DNA of 59,925 nucleotides from Planctomycetota bacterium (GCA_038227875.1 JBBRPR010000054.1:1-59925); one strand, 5' to 3'; counted from the stretch's first letter, positions 49,076 through 59,894 are shown. Notes: generated by a model from the sequence alone, not told the origin. Program-made: numbers and translations.

Positions 49076-49443
49076 AATATTAGTATATCTAAAACCAGGA
49101 CCCTTTGCACGAACACGCACCGTGTGTGAATGCCTAAAAAGATGGGGTATGATATACAATAATCAAGCACTGGTGCAATCCCCTCAGCCCCCGACCCCAC
49201 TCATGCTACTGCCTTAGTAGTATGAATTTAGGTAATCCTAAAGCGCCTAACTCATGTCTATGCAATAACTACCACATTTACGATGCACAGGTGAATGTTC
49301 CATTAGCGGACAATTTTTTGTCGTGATTTGTGAAAGTGGAACTACATTTTATTGTCTCTGTAGGAATTGGGGATTTCCAGTCCGTACACAGACTTGGAAC
49401 AGATTGAACGGGAGTGCCCGGAATCCAATTAATGGAGCTCAGA

Positions 49444-50118
49444 ATGAAAGCAAAACGTGGCTTTACCATGATTGAACTGTTGACGGTTATCGCGGTCATC
49501 GGAATTCTGATGGCTTTGTTGTTACCCGTGCTCGCCAACGTCCGGCGCAACGCCAAAGAAACGGCAACGCGCACGTTGATCAAAAGCATCGAGACCGCCA
49601 TCGCCGCGTACGAATTCGATTGGGGCGTTTTTCCGCCCGACGGTCTGACGGCCGCAGTCACGGCACTGTCGCCCACCGTCAGCGGCGCGCCGACTTATAA
49701 CGTCTCCAATTCCAGTGCGCTTTACTACTACTTGTCGACGCCGTTCCGCATCACCAACACCCCGGCCAAGGGTGAAGTCTGGGCCTCAAAGGACACGGGA
49801 CCGTACCTCGACGTGCCGGTGCGCAATCAGAAGAATCCCGGAACTGCATCCGCGAAAGCTACGGACATCATCGACGTCTGGGGTCGCCCATTGCAATACA
49901 ATAACGTGCGCGACACCGTCGCTGGCTATGTCGCCGTTCCTACCACGGCCAATTCAAAGGAAATCCGCGCCACAGCCACCCTGGTGACGCCGGATCCGCG
50001 CTTCCCCGGCAACAACGCGCATAATCTCCAAGGTGTCGATATTTTCTCGATGGGTGAAGGTGCGGGCGTCAACTGCACCCGTCCCATCGCGAACTTCCGC
50101 TGCGTGTGGGAACAATAA
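49444..50118 (+). CDS. Prepilin/pseudopilin (GspG-like)
   Basis: KRG/FTMIELL cleavage-methylation motif; DVWGRPLQY. Confidence 0.9.
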   Translation: MKAKRGFTMIELLTVIAVIGILMALLLPVLANVRRNAKETATRTLIKSIETAIAAYEFDWGVFPPDGLTAAVTALSPTVSGAPTYNVSNSSALYYYLSTPFRITNTPAKGEVWASKDTGPYLDVPVRNQKNPGTASAKATDIIDVWGRPLQYNNVRDTVAGYVAVPTTANSKEIRATATLVTPDPRFPGNNAHNLQGVDIFSMGEGAGVNCTRPIANFRCVWEQ

Positions 50119-50135
50119 GCCAACTCTATTTTGAG

Positions 50136-50759
50136 ATGAAGATGCCAACACTCTACAGCCCGAATAAAAACGTCCGTCCCCGTGGCTTCACCATGGTCGA
50201 ATTACTGGTGGTGATCGGGATCATTTGCCTGCTGGTCGCCATCCTGGGTTCAGTTCTCGGCAAGCTGCGAGAACGAACGAAGATGGGCGCGGCCAAAACG
50301 CTGGTCGAGAAATGTTACAGCGGGTTGGAGCTCTACCACCTCACCTTCCGCGCGTACCCCCCTGCCACGGCCCCTGGCGGCCTGACCGGAAGCCAGGCGC
50401 TTTACTACTATCTCTCAACCACCTGGCGCACCGCACCGAATGCAGCCAATGGCGAGAAGTGGGCCGACATCAACGTTGGCCCTTACACGCAGTTTCAAAA
50501 TCAGGAATACCGCAAGAACGGCACAGGCTACGACATCTTGGACGCCTGGAATACGCCGCTGCAATACAAGATGAATGTGCTGGGCGATTCCTTGAACATG
50601 ACCACCAACAGTCCGCTGATCTATTCCTGCGGCATCAATAAAGTCGATGAACATGTCGTCTTCCGAGCGGGAACGGTGGCGGGCAGCGGCATATTCGCCA
50701 CCACCGCAACGGACCCGAATCCAAATTTGAACAGCGACGACATCATGTCGGGCAACTGA
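50136..50759 (+). CDS. Prepilin/pseudopilin (GspG-like paralogue)
   Basis: RG/FTMVELL; DAWNTPLQY, IYSCG...DDI. Confidence 0.9.
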   Translation: MKMPTLYSPNKNVRPRGFTMVELLVVIGIICLLVAILGSVLGKLRERTKMGAAKTLVEKCYSGLELYHLTFRAYPPATAPGGLTGSQALYYYLSTTWRTAPNAANGEKWADINVGPYTQFQNQEYRKNGTGYDILDAWNTPLQYKMNVLGDSLNMTTNSPLIYSCGINKVDEHVVFRAGTVAGSGIFATTATDPNPNLNSDDIMSGN

Positions 50760-51571
50760 TGGATCAGCTTGAGGAGCACCTGATGCAACGAACTCCCAAG
50801 ACCGGCGGCTTCACTCTAGTTGAGTTGATCCTCGTCATCTTCATCATGTGTCTGCTGACATTCATGATGGTTCCGATGTTGTCGCAGTTCGTCAAGGGGA
50901 CCAAAGTTCAACAGACCGTATCCATCGTCACCGCGGTCTTGTACAAGGCCCGCATGGAAGCCACGCGCACCCGCCACATGGTTGGCGTGTTCTTCGGCGA
51001 TGATGTCACGCAGTGCAAGATCAAGCCCACGCCCGGCGTCATTCCGCAGAAGGGCCATATAGAGATCTGGACCGTGCTCGACAATCATGCCAATGGCGAT
51101 TGGGGTGCCGATGCCGGCGGCAGCACCGGTGTCCAGGAACCCTATAACAATCAGGGACCGTGGTATCCTTACCGTTATCCAGACCAGAATTTGACGCCGG
51201 AACCGATCACCTTTCCCGACGGCGTGCGCATCTTGGCCGGCCAGTTCTGGCACAATTCGGGTCCCATCGCCTACACGTTCGGCTGGTCGAATCAGTACAA
51301 CCCCGTTGCCGATGGCGAGATCAAGCGCCACACGGTCACGTATTCGGGACATGGAACCATGCCCGGATGGTACGACGGGTTGAGCACGTGGTGGTCGCTG
51401 CTGGTCTTTGACGAAAAGACGGGCGAACACCAGGTCATCTCCGTCGGACAGTGGCTGATGACTTGTAAACCCCGTGTCCTGCCGTTCCAGTTGACCGGAC
51501 TTTACGGCGTGTCCGGCACGTACTATCCGATCAAGAAGAATTCGGACATCCCCGACAACTGCGAAAAATAG
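50759..51571 (+). CDS. Minor prepilin (GspH/FimT-like)
   Basis: GG/FTLVELI; LYKARMEA. Confidence 0.88.
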   Translation: MDQLEEHLMQRTPKTGGFTLVELILVIFIMCLLTFMMVPMLSQFVKGTKVQQTVSIVTAVLYKARMEATRTRHMVGVFFGDDVTQCKIKPTPGVIPQKGHIEIWTVLDNHANGDWGADAGGSTGVQEPYNNQGPWYPYRYPDQNLTPEPITFPDGVRILAGQFWHNSGPIAYTFGWSNQYNPVADGEIKRHTVTYSGHGTMPGWYDGLSTWWSLLVFDEKTGEHQVISVGQWLMTCKPRVLPFQLTGLYGVSGTYYPIKKNSDIPDNCEK

Positions 51572-51582
51572 GAGCGGACATA

Positions 51583-52164
51583 GTGAATTACCGGCGACGC
51601 CATCCCCGCGCACTCACGCTTCTGGAAGTCATCATCGCCATGTTTATTTTTCTGGTCGGAATTGTCGGTGTGCTTGCCGCGATGCCCACCGGTGTCAATT
51701 CGGCCACGTGGGTGATCTTCCAGGACTCGGCCATCCACCTCGCGCATTCCAAATTCACTGAATTCCGACGCGACCGCATCGATCCCAACGTGGATCTCGT
51801 CCCCACTCCCGGCGGCTATCTGCCCACCACCACGCCGTACGCCAAGGGCAAGCAGGAACCCTACAACTCCGGGACCGGAGACGACAACCCGTGGCGGGAC
51901 TTCGCTCACAACCCCAGCGATCCCTACCAGTATTTTGAAGACGTCGATCGTTACGAATGGAAAGTCGAAACGCAGCCGATTGAAAACGGTGTTTCAGCGC
52001 CAACCGACGTCGTCTCTGCCCCGGCCGGGAGCTTTTTTCCTGTGCCTTCTAAAAACAATCCATCGCCCATCAATCTGGTGAAAGTGTCCGTGACCATTCG
52101 CATGAAAAGCACCACTCGCGAGATGAAGTTTTCACAACTGTTCTACAGCTACGGTCAACTGTGA
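51583..52164 (+). CDS. Minor prepilin (GspI/PilV-like)
   Basis: RA/LTLLEVIIAMFIF; C-terminal KVSVTI strand. Confidence 0.85.
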   Translation: MNYRRRHPRALTLLEVIIAMFIFLVGIVGVLAAMPTGVNSATWVIFQDSAIHLAHSKFTEFRRDRIDPNVDLVPTPGGYLPTTTPYAKGKQEPYNSGTGDDNPWRDFAHNPSDPYQYFEDVDRYEWKVETQPIENGVSAPTDVVSAPAGSFFPVPSKNNPSPINLVKVSVTIRMKSTTREMKFSQLFYSYGQL

Positions 52165-53357
52165 GGCCTCGAATCATGCAATCCCGGTTTTCTCTTCGCG
52201 GATTCACGCTGGTCGAAATGATGGTCGTGCTCACCGTCAGCCTGCTGATGATGACCATGGTCGTCCCGATCTTCCGTGTTTCGACCCGCACCGTGCAAGT
52301 AGTGGAACGGAGGCTCGCCGTTTACGAATCGGCGCGCAACATTCTGGACATGGTTGAGTCCGATATTCAACTGGCCATGACGAACGAAAAAGGCGAAGGC
52401 TTTTCGCTCAAGCATGTCGCCTGGCAGGACACCGATCCCTTCACACCGCCCTGTCAAATTCCGCCCATTCTTCCGGGAGTCTCCGACTTCACCAGCCAGG
52501 CCTACAAACAATCGCGCCGCGTTTCGGATGCGATGGATTACGTACGCAGCGAAGGCCACGGCTCCAACGCCAATTACGTTCCCTACATGACCACCGCACC
52601 TGGCGGAAAGTATTTTCCGCTTCAATACCCGGTGATCGACAAGTCCTTCCCCGAAGCATGGCGCTGTTCGATGCGCTCAACCTTGCTCTATCAGCACGAT
52701 CTGGAATGGTGGCAGGATTACGATTCCGACAAGTCACAGGCCCGCTGGAGCCGCCCCGAGCAACTGGCTGACGTGGGGCAGAGCGAGATTGCGTTTATCT
52801 ATGAAGCCATGGACGAACAGTGGCAGCGCAACGATACGCAATGGGACGCCATTCCTCTGCGCCTGGCGCCTGGCCGGGAAATTAAAGTTCCTCATGGCTA
52901 CGCGGGCGGCACGGGCATCGTCTATCAGCGCCGTTTGGGTCAGATCAAGGTCATGGATCTGGCAGTTTCCTACTGGGACGACAATCAGAAATTGTTCCTC
53001 GATCTTCCAGACAACACGGCGGTCTATTTCTTCCCCTCGCCCAAAGCAGTGCGCGTCACCATCACCGCCTGCGATCCCGACAAACGCGCCGTCATCACGC
53101 TCTGCCGCATGATCCAGATCCCGGTGGGATCCGGCGACGGTTACGTGAAGGGGGACGCCATGGATAACGCCTACTTCACTGACAAGTTGCAACCCGCCAA
53201 CACCATCAACGCGCTCTACAACCGCACCAAGTACCTGCCGACGCTGCCCAATGCGTTCAATGGTGACGGCTCGCGCGGTTGGGCGGGAGACTACACCACC
53301 TGCACTGAAAACACGATCATTACGCAGGACGGGGTCAAGCCGATCAATTGGCCCTAA
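52161..53357 (+). CDS. Minor prepilin (GspJ/PilW-like)
   Basis: RG/FTLVEMM; PKAVRVTI. Confidence 0.86.
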   Translation: MRPRIMQSRFSLRGFTLVEMMVVLTVSLLMMTMVVPIFRVSTRTVQVVERRLAVYESARNILDMVESDIQLAMTNEKGEGFSLKHVAWQDTDPFTPPCQIPPILPGVSDFTSQAYKQSRRVSDAMDYVRSEGHGSNANYVPYMTTAPGGKYFPLQYPVIDKSFPEAWRCSMRSTLLYQHDLEWWQDYDSDKSQARWSRPEQLADVGQSEIAFIYEAMDEQWQRNDTQWDAIPLRLAPGREIKVPHGYAGGTGIVYQRRLGQIKVMDLAVSYWDDNQKLFLDLPDNTAVYFFPSPKAVRVTITACDPDKRAVITLCRMIQIPVGSGDGYVKGDAMDNAYFTDKLQPANTINALYNRTKYLPTLPNAFNGDGSRGWAGDYTTCTENTIITQDGVKPINWP

Positions 53358-53403
53358 ACACGCCCACTACTATTGCAGAAACAGTTCCTGAGGAAAAGAT
53401 GCC

Positions 53404-56400
53404 ATGAAGCACCGACTTGCAAAACGTCCTCTCCCCATCGAAGCACCCCGTGCTTCGAGGGGATTTCTGCTGCTGGTGGTCGTCGGCATCCTGGCTGTGC
53501 TATTGACACTCTGCGTGGGATTCCTCTCGTACACACGCTCCGAGTTGATGTCCGTGACCTCGCAGCGCGATAAGAGTGATACGCAGGACGTCATGCATTC
53601 CGCCATCGACTATGCCCTGTCGAACATCTGCACCGATCTGATGGACGCCTCGGGAAAAATGAAGGCGGACATCCCGACCGCCTTCACCATTGATCCCGCG
53701 GCCAATTCCAATGGCGCGCATTGGTGGATGCGTCCCTATCAAAACGGCATGTGTGCATTTTTGCCGGGCAATCCATGGGGCGCGGGTGCCTCCGGATGGG
53801 GCTTCCCCTTGCAGCCCGCAACACAGCCGGGCGCAGAGGCGCAGTGGGTCTATCTTCAGCCTGACTTCTTTCCTGCCGGCGGCATTCGTGGACGTTTTCA
53901 GGTCCAGGTCCTTGACTGCAATTGCGGCATCAACGTCAACGACTGGAACGAAGACTGCAGCCCGTCCCAGTGTCAAATGGCACACATGATCGGCGACGCG
54001 TACGGATTCCTGCAACTGGAAAGCGCGCGCCGTTTCCGCGACGTTGGAAATTCAATGTCAGCCAACAATGCTCCACTGCGTTACCAGGAAGCCTGGCGCG
54101 TGGCCTCTCACACGGCCCGTTACATGGCTTGGCCCAGCTGGAGTGGAAACAGGGTACTCAATACTGCCACGTTCGACTGGGTCACGAGCAATTCCTCCTG
54201 GTACAGCATGTATGGTCCGCAATACAATTCCATCTCTGCGACCATCATGTCCGACGGCTTGTGCATGGCGCAGACATCGCCGTGCGTTCCGTACCAGGGT
54301 TCGCAGTATTTTTGCAGCGTGAACCCGTCAGGGTACCCGGGTGGTTACACTCGAGGGGGGGCAACTTCGCCTGGCGGCTCCTTGCAATGGGGGAACCCTC
54401 AGAGTGCCGGATTTATTCCGTGGTGTATGTCGGGGTTTGTCACTCAGTCGTACACGGATCCCGATACGGGGCGCAGTCCGATCAACGTCAATTCCTGCTA
54501 CAATTCCGGTGAAACGCTCCCCTTCGATTTCTGGAACAATCCACAGGCTTACACCATGGAAGGCGTCTGGAATGTGGAATCGTTGCGCCGCATCATCAAA
54601 GTCGGCTGGGTTTGCGATCCCAACAGCCCCGATCCCGCGAATCCAGTCTGGTATCACGCCCAGCGTGATTGGTCCATACTTACCCCACAGATGAAGATGT
54701 TGATCGAACAACTGAAACTCAAACTCGCATACCAATATCAGGAAACGCTCTGCCGTTACTTTACGGGCACGTACGCACATAACGGTCAAGGGCAGGCTTA
54801 TCCCCCGCTCTGTGCCTCAAACACGGCCCTCTATCCCGCTGCGTATGTGGGTGCCCCCGGCAAACAACCCAAGTACTATTGTACCGTCACCGATTATTCC
54901 ACGGCCCGCTTCCCGGTAAAGCTGAACGACTTTCGCGCCCACTGCCACGACGACTTTCTGGCCATGACGGACCAGAACAACAAAAATCCCAAGTACGGGC
55001 TGACGATTCCGTCGGACACACTGCTTAATCATCCCGTGAATGCCCCGATTAAAGGTGGTCACTCCACAGTGATCTTCGCTGGCGATCTGGGCCCCGACCA
55101 CACCGATGGGTGTGTGAATTTTGACAGCAAGAACAACTGCGAAATTGGGCCGGGTAAGCTCGACATGCGTACCGCTTGTGCCTGTTATGACAACATGTGT
55201 CCTGGGAAGCCCAGTGGCTCAGGGCTCGATCTTGCCGACTTTAACGGATGCAGACCCTACGGCCCGGGTGATCCGCTCTTCGAAATGTTCACGCTGCAGG
55301 AAGGCCGACAGGAAGACATCGATGATCCTTATAATATCGATCCCGCTGTGATTCACGGGCCGGCCCCCACGGGTAGCGGCACCAAGCAGGACCCCGATAG
55401 CATTCGAGCCGCCTTGGGAGGATCCGCGCCGTACAATGCCACTGCGCCCAGCGGTTCAGCGTGGTCGACAGCCTACACCAATCGAAACAATATCTATCAC
55501 GGCTGGGTGGATAACCCGAGCTTGGGCGCGGTCACGTACTTCCAAGGCAATGCCTTCCCGGACCCCACGAAAGAAATCGATATGTACGATCACTACGGCC
55601 GGAGTCTGACGCTCTTTCCAAAGGGCAATGATATCTGTTCAGGCAACGTCATAGGCGATCCCGCGGTTCCAGGAGGCACCAAATTTAAGAATGTGCCCTT
55701 AGACACAGTGTATGTTCCGACTGGCCCTTGGCTCGACGACCCGACCAATGTTTATGTCTGCATAAATAATCAATCCGACAGAAACGCAAGTAACATCATC
55801 AAGCGACCTGCTGCAGAACATGATGTCCCTTGGCGGCAATTGTGTTTTTCACCGGACTCCTTCTCGACTGAACTGACCACCACCTCCACCACGTTCATGC
55901 TCATCATCAACGCGCAACTCGTGGATGCCCAGAGCGTAACAGCCAATCCGGGCAACCCGGCCTTGCACCGACCGCAGTGCTGGAACCAATGGGGAGCGGT
56001 CATGGAAATCGCACCAGACGTGAAAACGGAGGTGCCTGGCGCGGACGCGTACGCAGAGACCAGCGATGTTCCCGCACAAGTTGGTGTGGTTGCAAGACCG
56101 GGCGGCATGCACTTCTTCCAGTGGTACAAAAACGAAATGCCGCGTATCGCCAAGACCGATCAAGGCACCAGCCCCATCACCGCTGCTAGCTGGAATGACG
56201 ATTCGTTCCAGGATGATGTCTGCCCGACGTTGGTCTCGAAGAACCAGGGCAACACGTCCCAGTATTACACGCCGCTGGGACGCACGAACAATCAGGCTCG
56301 CATGCCGTGGAGTTCCGTCGGCGGCTGGTCCCCGGGACTTCCCGGAGGCAATCCTGACTTGGAAAATTCCAGCTCAACGGTGGTCCGCGACTGGAAATTT

Positions 56401-56574
56401 ATCGCGGCGCCCGGGAATGAAGTCACCACCGGCTGCGATATTCACCAAGTCCCACCCACGGGCACTCCGCACGGTGCCGGTTACCTCTACGACATCAATC
56501 ATCAGACGCAAAAACGTATAATCTACCGCTCTGTGTGGTGTCTCAATCAAGGGATTGAGGCAAGCTCCAATTGA
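53404..56574 (+). CDS. Large GspK/PilX-like prepilin (1056 aa)
   Basis: RG/FLLLVVV lacking Glu5; INVN motifs twice; last gene of the cassette. Confidence 0.8.
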   Translation: MKHRLAKRPLPIEAPRASRGFLLLVVVGILAVLLTLCVGFLSYTRSELMSVTSQRDKSDTQDVMHSAIDYALSNICTDLMDASGKMKADIPTAFTIDPAANSNGAHWWMRPYQNGMCAFLPGNPWGAGASGWGFPLQPATQPGAEAQWVYLQPDFFPAGGIRGRFQVQVLDCNCGINVNDWNEDCSPSQCQMAHMIGDAYGFLQLESARRFRDVGNSMSANNAPLRYQEAWRVASHTARYMAWPSWSGNRVLNTATFDWVTSNSSWYSMYGPQYNSISATIMSDGLCMAQTSPCVPYQGSQYFCSVNPSGYPGGYTRGGATSPGGSLQWGNPQSAGFIPWCMSGFVTQSYTDPDTGRSPINVNSCYNSGETLPFDFWNNPQAYTMEGVWNVESLRRIIKVGWVCDPNSPDPANPVWYHAQRDWSILTPQMKMLIEQLKLKLAYQYQETLCRYFTGTYAHNGQGQAYPPLCASNTALYPAAYVGAPGKQPKYYCTVTDYSTARFPVKLNDFRAHCHDDFLAMTDQNNKNPKYGLTIPSDTLLNHPVNAPIKGGHSTVIFAGDLGPDHTDGCVNFDSKNNCEIGPGKLDMRTACACYDNMCPGKPSGSGLDLADFNGCRPYGPGDPLFEMFTLQEGRQEDIDDPYNIDPAVIHGPAPTGSGTKQDPDSIRAALGGSAPYNATAPSGSAWSTAYTNRNNIYHGWVDNPSLGAVTYFQGNAFPDPTKEIDMYDHYGRSLTLFPKGNDICSGNVIGDPAVPGGTKFKNVPLDTVYVPTGPWLDDPTNVYVCINNQSDRNASNIIKRPAAEHDVPWRQLCFSPDSFSTELTTTSTTFMLIINAQLVDAQSVTANPGNPALHRPQCWNQWGAVMEIAPDVKTEVPGADAYAETSDVPAQVGVVARPGGMHFFQWYKNEMPRIAKTDQGTSPITAASWNDDSFQDDVCPTLVSKNQGNTSQYYTPLGRTNNQARMPWSSVGGWSPGLPGGNPDLENSSSTVVRDWKFIAAPGNEVTTGCDIHQVPPTGTPHGAGYLYDINHQTQKRIIYRSVWCLNQGIEASSN

Positions 56575-56710
56575 ACCGTTTTGTGAAATGCAGTATCAAC
56601 ACACGCATTCAGCGCAAAAATTTGCGCTCTTTTTCAATTTCAGGTAGAGTAATTGCGTCGAGTACAACTGTACATCTTTAGTGTAGCACCCTGGGACTTT
56701 GGAGTACGAA

Positions 56711-58096
56711 ATGGCAGGTGAGAACCAGCAAGGCGCATCTCCTAGCCAAAAACCATCTTCTGGTTTCAGAGCACCTGTACCCAATCCAATGAAGAACGAA
56801 GCACGCGCCATTCCCGGTGCCAATCCCGCTTCCAGACCCGGCGGTGCAACAGGCAAGTATGCACCGATTGGAGCAAAAGGCGTCACTCCAAAAACGCCTG
56901 TGCCCCCTTCACGTCCCAACACGGGTCCGGCCAAAACGTCTCAGAACCCGCAGGGGGCCTCGGGAAGTACGTTCAAGCCCGCCACCACCGCGAATGTGCC
57001 GCTCCCGCGCCCCCGTACCGGTCCACCTCCGGGCATCTCCGGCCGTCTCTCCTCGGTCGGTGCAACTGTTTCAACGCCGGGCGCGTTTCCCAGGTCGGCT
57101 CAGTGGTGTTGCTCGACCTGCAAAAAAGCTTTGGGCCCCCAATGCGTTGTTTTAGGCACGGGGATCATTCTTGACGGCAACCTGATTTGCGTTGACTGCG
57201 TAAAAGGAAACAAGCGCCGCGATCTTTCACCCGTCGTCACCACCAAGTCGCTGATCATTTTTGCTGCCGGCACCGCAGTTGTGCTCGGTATCGCAGGAAT
57301 TTTCTTCCCCGGCCAAGCCTTCCTCGTGGCGCTGTTGCTGGGGATCGCCATCCTCCTGACTGGCCTGATCGGCTTTACGCTTTCCAGCCGCGCTCGATTG
57401 TCCGCGATCGCTGCAGGTCTTCTGGTCCTGAGCGGATCCGTGTGGGGACTCATTGTCGTCAGCTCACGCGCCGAAGCCCGCGCCACCCGCTCCGAAGTAT
57501 CCGCGCATGCCGACGAAATTCAGAAATTGCTCGATCAGAATTGTATTTTTGAAGCGGAACTGCGCGTCAGTTCCATCGAACAGACCCTGAAGGGCAGCTA
57601 TCAAGGCACGCTCAGTCCCACCGCTCAAAAGGCAATTACCGATCTGAAAGGTCTCTGCGACACGTGGCTGAAGACCAATTTTGGAGAGCTGTCTGATCCC
57701 GAGAAACAGTTGCTCCTGGAACTGTTCCGCGAATTTGGCTCCGTCACACCGAAGACGCAAACCCGCCGGCTTAAAAGCATCAAGATTTCCGATAAGACCA
57801 ATGTGGCGCTCGCGGTTGCGATGGACACGGTCTCAGACAAAGACGTGGCTCCGACACGCAAAGACAAGATGCAGATGCAAACGCTCGACATGAGCGATCC
57901 GGTTGAAGCCGAAGCGGCGCGCTACTTCCAGATCGTGCTGAAGAAATATCCCCTGGCCGAATCCGTGGAGCTCAAGATCCTCTCCACCGACAGCGGCGCG
58001 AAGGAGCTGTTCAACAAGACGCTGGACCGGGGGGCCATCGTTCAAATGCGTCAGGGCGTACCGCACGGCGAGCCCGGCGGCCGGATGAAGCCTTAA
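56711..58096 (+). CDS. Membrane protein with Pro-rich N-terminus, CxxC...CxxC motif and three TM helices
   Basis: GGAG RBS before ATG 56711; CSTC and CVDC; hydrophobic segments. Confidence 0.75.
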   Translation: MAGENQQGASPSQKPSSGFRAPVPNPMKNEARAIPGANPASRPGGATGKYAPIGAKGVTPKTPVPPSRPNTGPAKTSQNPQGASGSTFKPATTANVPLPRPRTGPPPGISGRLSSVGATVSTPGAFPRSAQWCCSTCKKALGPQCVVLGTGIILDGNLICVDCVKGNKRRDLSPVVTTKSLIIFAAGTAVVLGIAGIFFPGQAFLVALLLGIAILLTGLIGFTLSSRARLSAIAAGLLVLSGSVWGLIVVSSRAEARATRSEVSAHADEIQKLLDQNCIFEAELRVSSIEQTLKGSYQGTLSPTAQKAITDLKGLCDTWLKTNFGELSDPEKQLLLELFREFGSVTPKTQTRRLKSIKISDKTNVALAVAMDTVSDKDVAPTRKDKMQMQTLDMSDPVEAEAARYFQIVLKKYPLAESVELKILSTDSGAKELFNKTLDRGAIVQMRQGVPHGEPGGRMKP

Positions 58097-58150
58097 GCCT
58101 TCTCCCGCTTCTTCCGGGTCAACTGCAAACTTTCTGGTAAAATTCACCGC

Positions 58151-59644
58151 GTGGATACCGCCGCGCGCAAACCTTCCGATCCGCCCCGACTTCCCCGCTC
58201 CAGCCCCTTTGGCCTGGCGCTGAAAATCACGCTGCCGTTCGTGGCGCTATTCGCGGTACTGCTGATGGTGCTGGGCGTAGTCCTGGCGCGGGAAATCATC
58301 GCGGAGCTTGAAGACCGGGTCGAACGCGAGCAGCGCTTCGTCTTGGAAGCGCTCAGTGGCTTCATCCGGCAGGACATGCTGATGCGTATCCACGATCTGG
58401 AAGCACGCTCGATGCTCTCCGAATTCCCGAACGCGCGCACGGAGTTTGTCGTATTCACCGGAGAAACAAGCGTACTTAGCACCGTCCCGGTAAAGGATAA
58501 ACTGGCCTGGCGGCTGATCGACGATCTGAAAGCCGCGCGGCAAAAGGATGAGTTCAAAGCCGGACCCGAATTCAAGCGCCAGACGGCGGTGCTCAACAAC
58601 CAGACGTGGTTGCTTCTATTTCGCTCGTACTCCGGCGAGGGGTCGCTGCCCCGCGAGATCTACCATCTCTACCCGTACGATGAAATCGCCGGCGCCAAAC
58701 GCCGCGCCATCGAACACATCATAACCCTCGGCATGCTCGGGTTGCTGGCCGCCGCCCTGTTGGGCCTCTTGATGGCCCACTGGGTTGCGCTGCCCGTGCG
58801 CCGCCTGGCCGCCGCCGCACGGCGCGTCACCTCCGGAGGTCTGAACGAGCCGATCCCCGAGGCGCTCGCCGTCCGCAACCAACCCGAACACGTCGACGAG
58901 ATCGGCGAACTCACTCTCGCGTTCCAGACCATGCTCGAATCCCTTCGCCGCTCGCAAAACGAACTGCTCAAGGCTGAACGCCTCGCCTCCACAGGCAAAC
59001 TCGCCGCCAGCGTCGCCCACGAAATCCGCAACCCCCTCACCAGCCTGCGCATGACCGTTCAGATGCTTCAGCAGCGTTCCAAGGAAACCGATCCGAATTT
59101 GAAGGAAGGTTATGTCATCGTGCTGCGCGAGATCGATCGGTTGGCGTTGGCCGTCGAGGAACTGCTCACCTTCGCCCGCCCGCGCCCGGCTCAGCGCGAA
59201 CCGGTCGACCTGCACAAACTCATTGCCGACGTCCTGAAACTCCTCGACCACCAACTCGCGCACGCGCGCGTGAAATCCGCCATGGATTTGGACCCCACAC
59301 TGCCGCCTCAAGTTCCGCTGGATCCCAATAAGATCCGCCAGCTACTGCAGAACCTGATCATCAACGCGCAGCAGGCCGTGGTCCGTGACGGCACCGTCAC
59401 GGTCAAGACCGCCTGGAACGCCGCCGCCAAAACCGTGACGCTATCGGTCATCGACACCGGCCCTGGAATCTCCCCGGAAGTCCGCGACACCGTTTTCGAA
59501 CTGTTCGTCAGCACCAAGGCGGGCGGCGGCGGCATCGGACTAGCGGTGGCCAAACAGATCGCCGAAGAGCACGGTGGCTCGATCAGTTTTGAGACATCCA
59601 ATAGCGGCACGGCATTCAACGTCGTCCTCGCCGCCCGGGAATGA
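58151..59644 (+). CDS. Membrane sensor histidine kinase (HAMP, HisKA, HATPase)
   Basis: AHEIRNPL, NLIINA, DTGPG, GGIGL. Confidence 0.95.
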   Translation: MDTAARKPSDPPRLPRSSPFGLALKITLPFVALFAVLLMVLGVVLAREIIAELEDRVEREQRFVLEALSGFIRQDMLMRIHDLEARSMLSEFPNARTEFVVFTGETSVLSTVPVKDKLAWRLIDDLKAARQKDEFKAGPEFKRQTAVLNNQTWLLLFRSYSGEGSLPREIYHLYPYDEIAGAKRRAIEHIITLGMLGLLAAALLGLLMAHWVALPVRRLAAAARRVTSGGLNEPIPEALAVRNQPEHVDEIGELTLAFQTMLESLRRSQNELLKAERLASTGKLAASVAHEIRNPLTSLRMTVQMLQQRSKETDPNLKEGYVIVLREIDRLALAVEELLTFARPRPAQREPVDLHKLIADVLKLLDHQLAHARVKSAMDLDPTLPPQVPLDPNKIRQLLQNLIINAQQAVVRDGTVTVKTAWNAAAKTVTLSVIDTGPGISPEVRDTVFELFVSTKAGGGGIGLAVAKQIAEEHGGSISFETSNSGTAFNVVLAARE

Positions 59645-59772
59645 ACAGGCACAAAAAAAACCGGGCGCATCTGTGTCAGGGCTCGCACAGTATTGCATCG
59701 TAGACAGCAGTAATTCTCGCGCTAATCTGCGCCGATGCGGTCAGTAGGCCGCAGAAGATTTCGGACGGTTAT

Positions 59773-59816
59773 AAAAAAAGCAGGGCCCCGCAAAGCTCGA
59801 ACTTTGCAGGGACCCC
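59773..59816 (-). terminator. Intrinsic terminator on the minus strand
   Basis: GGGTCCCTGCAAAG/CTTTGCGGGGCCC stem followed by T7. Confidence 0.8.
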
Positions 59817-59865
59817 GGTCGGTTTGCGGTACAAGCCCGCAGACATCACTTGCATACGAGTGCAG

Positions 59866-59894
59866 ATTATTTGCAAATCCCCAGGCGGTGTCAA
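59866..59894 (-). promoter_or_regulatory. Near-consensus sigma70 promoter
   Basis: Minus strand TTGACA-17 nt-AATAAT. Confidence 0.65.
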
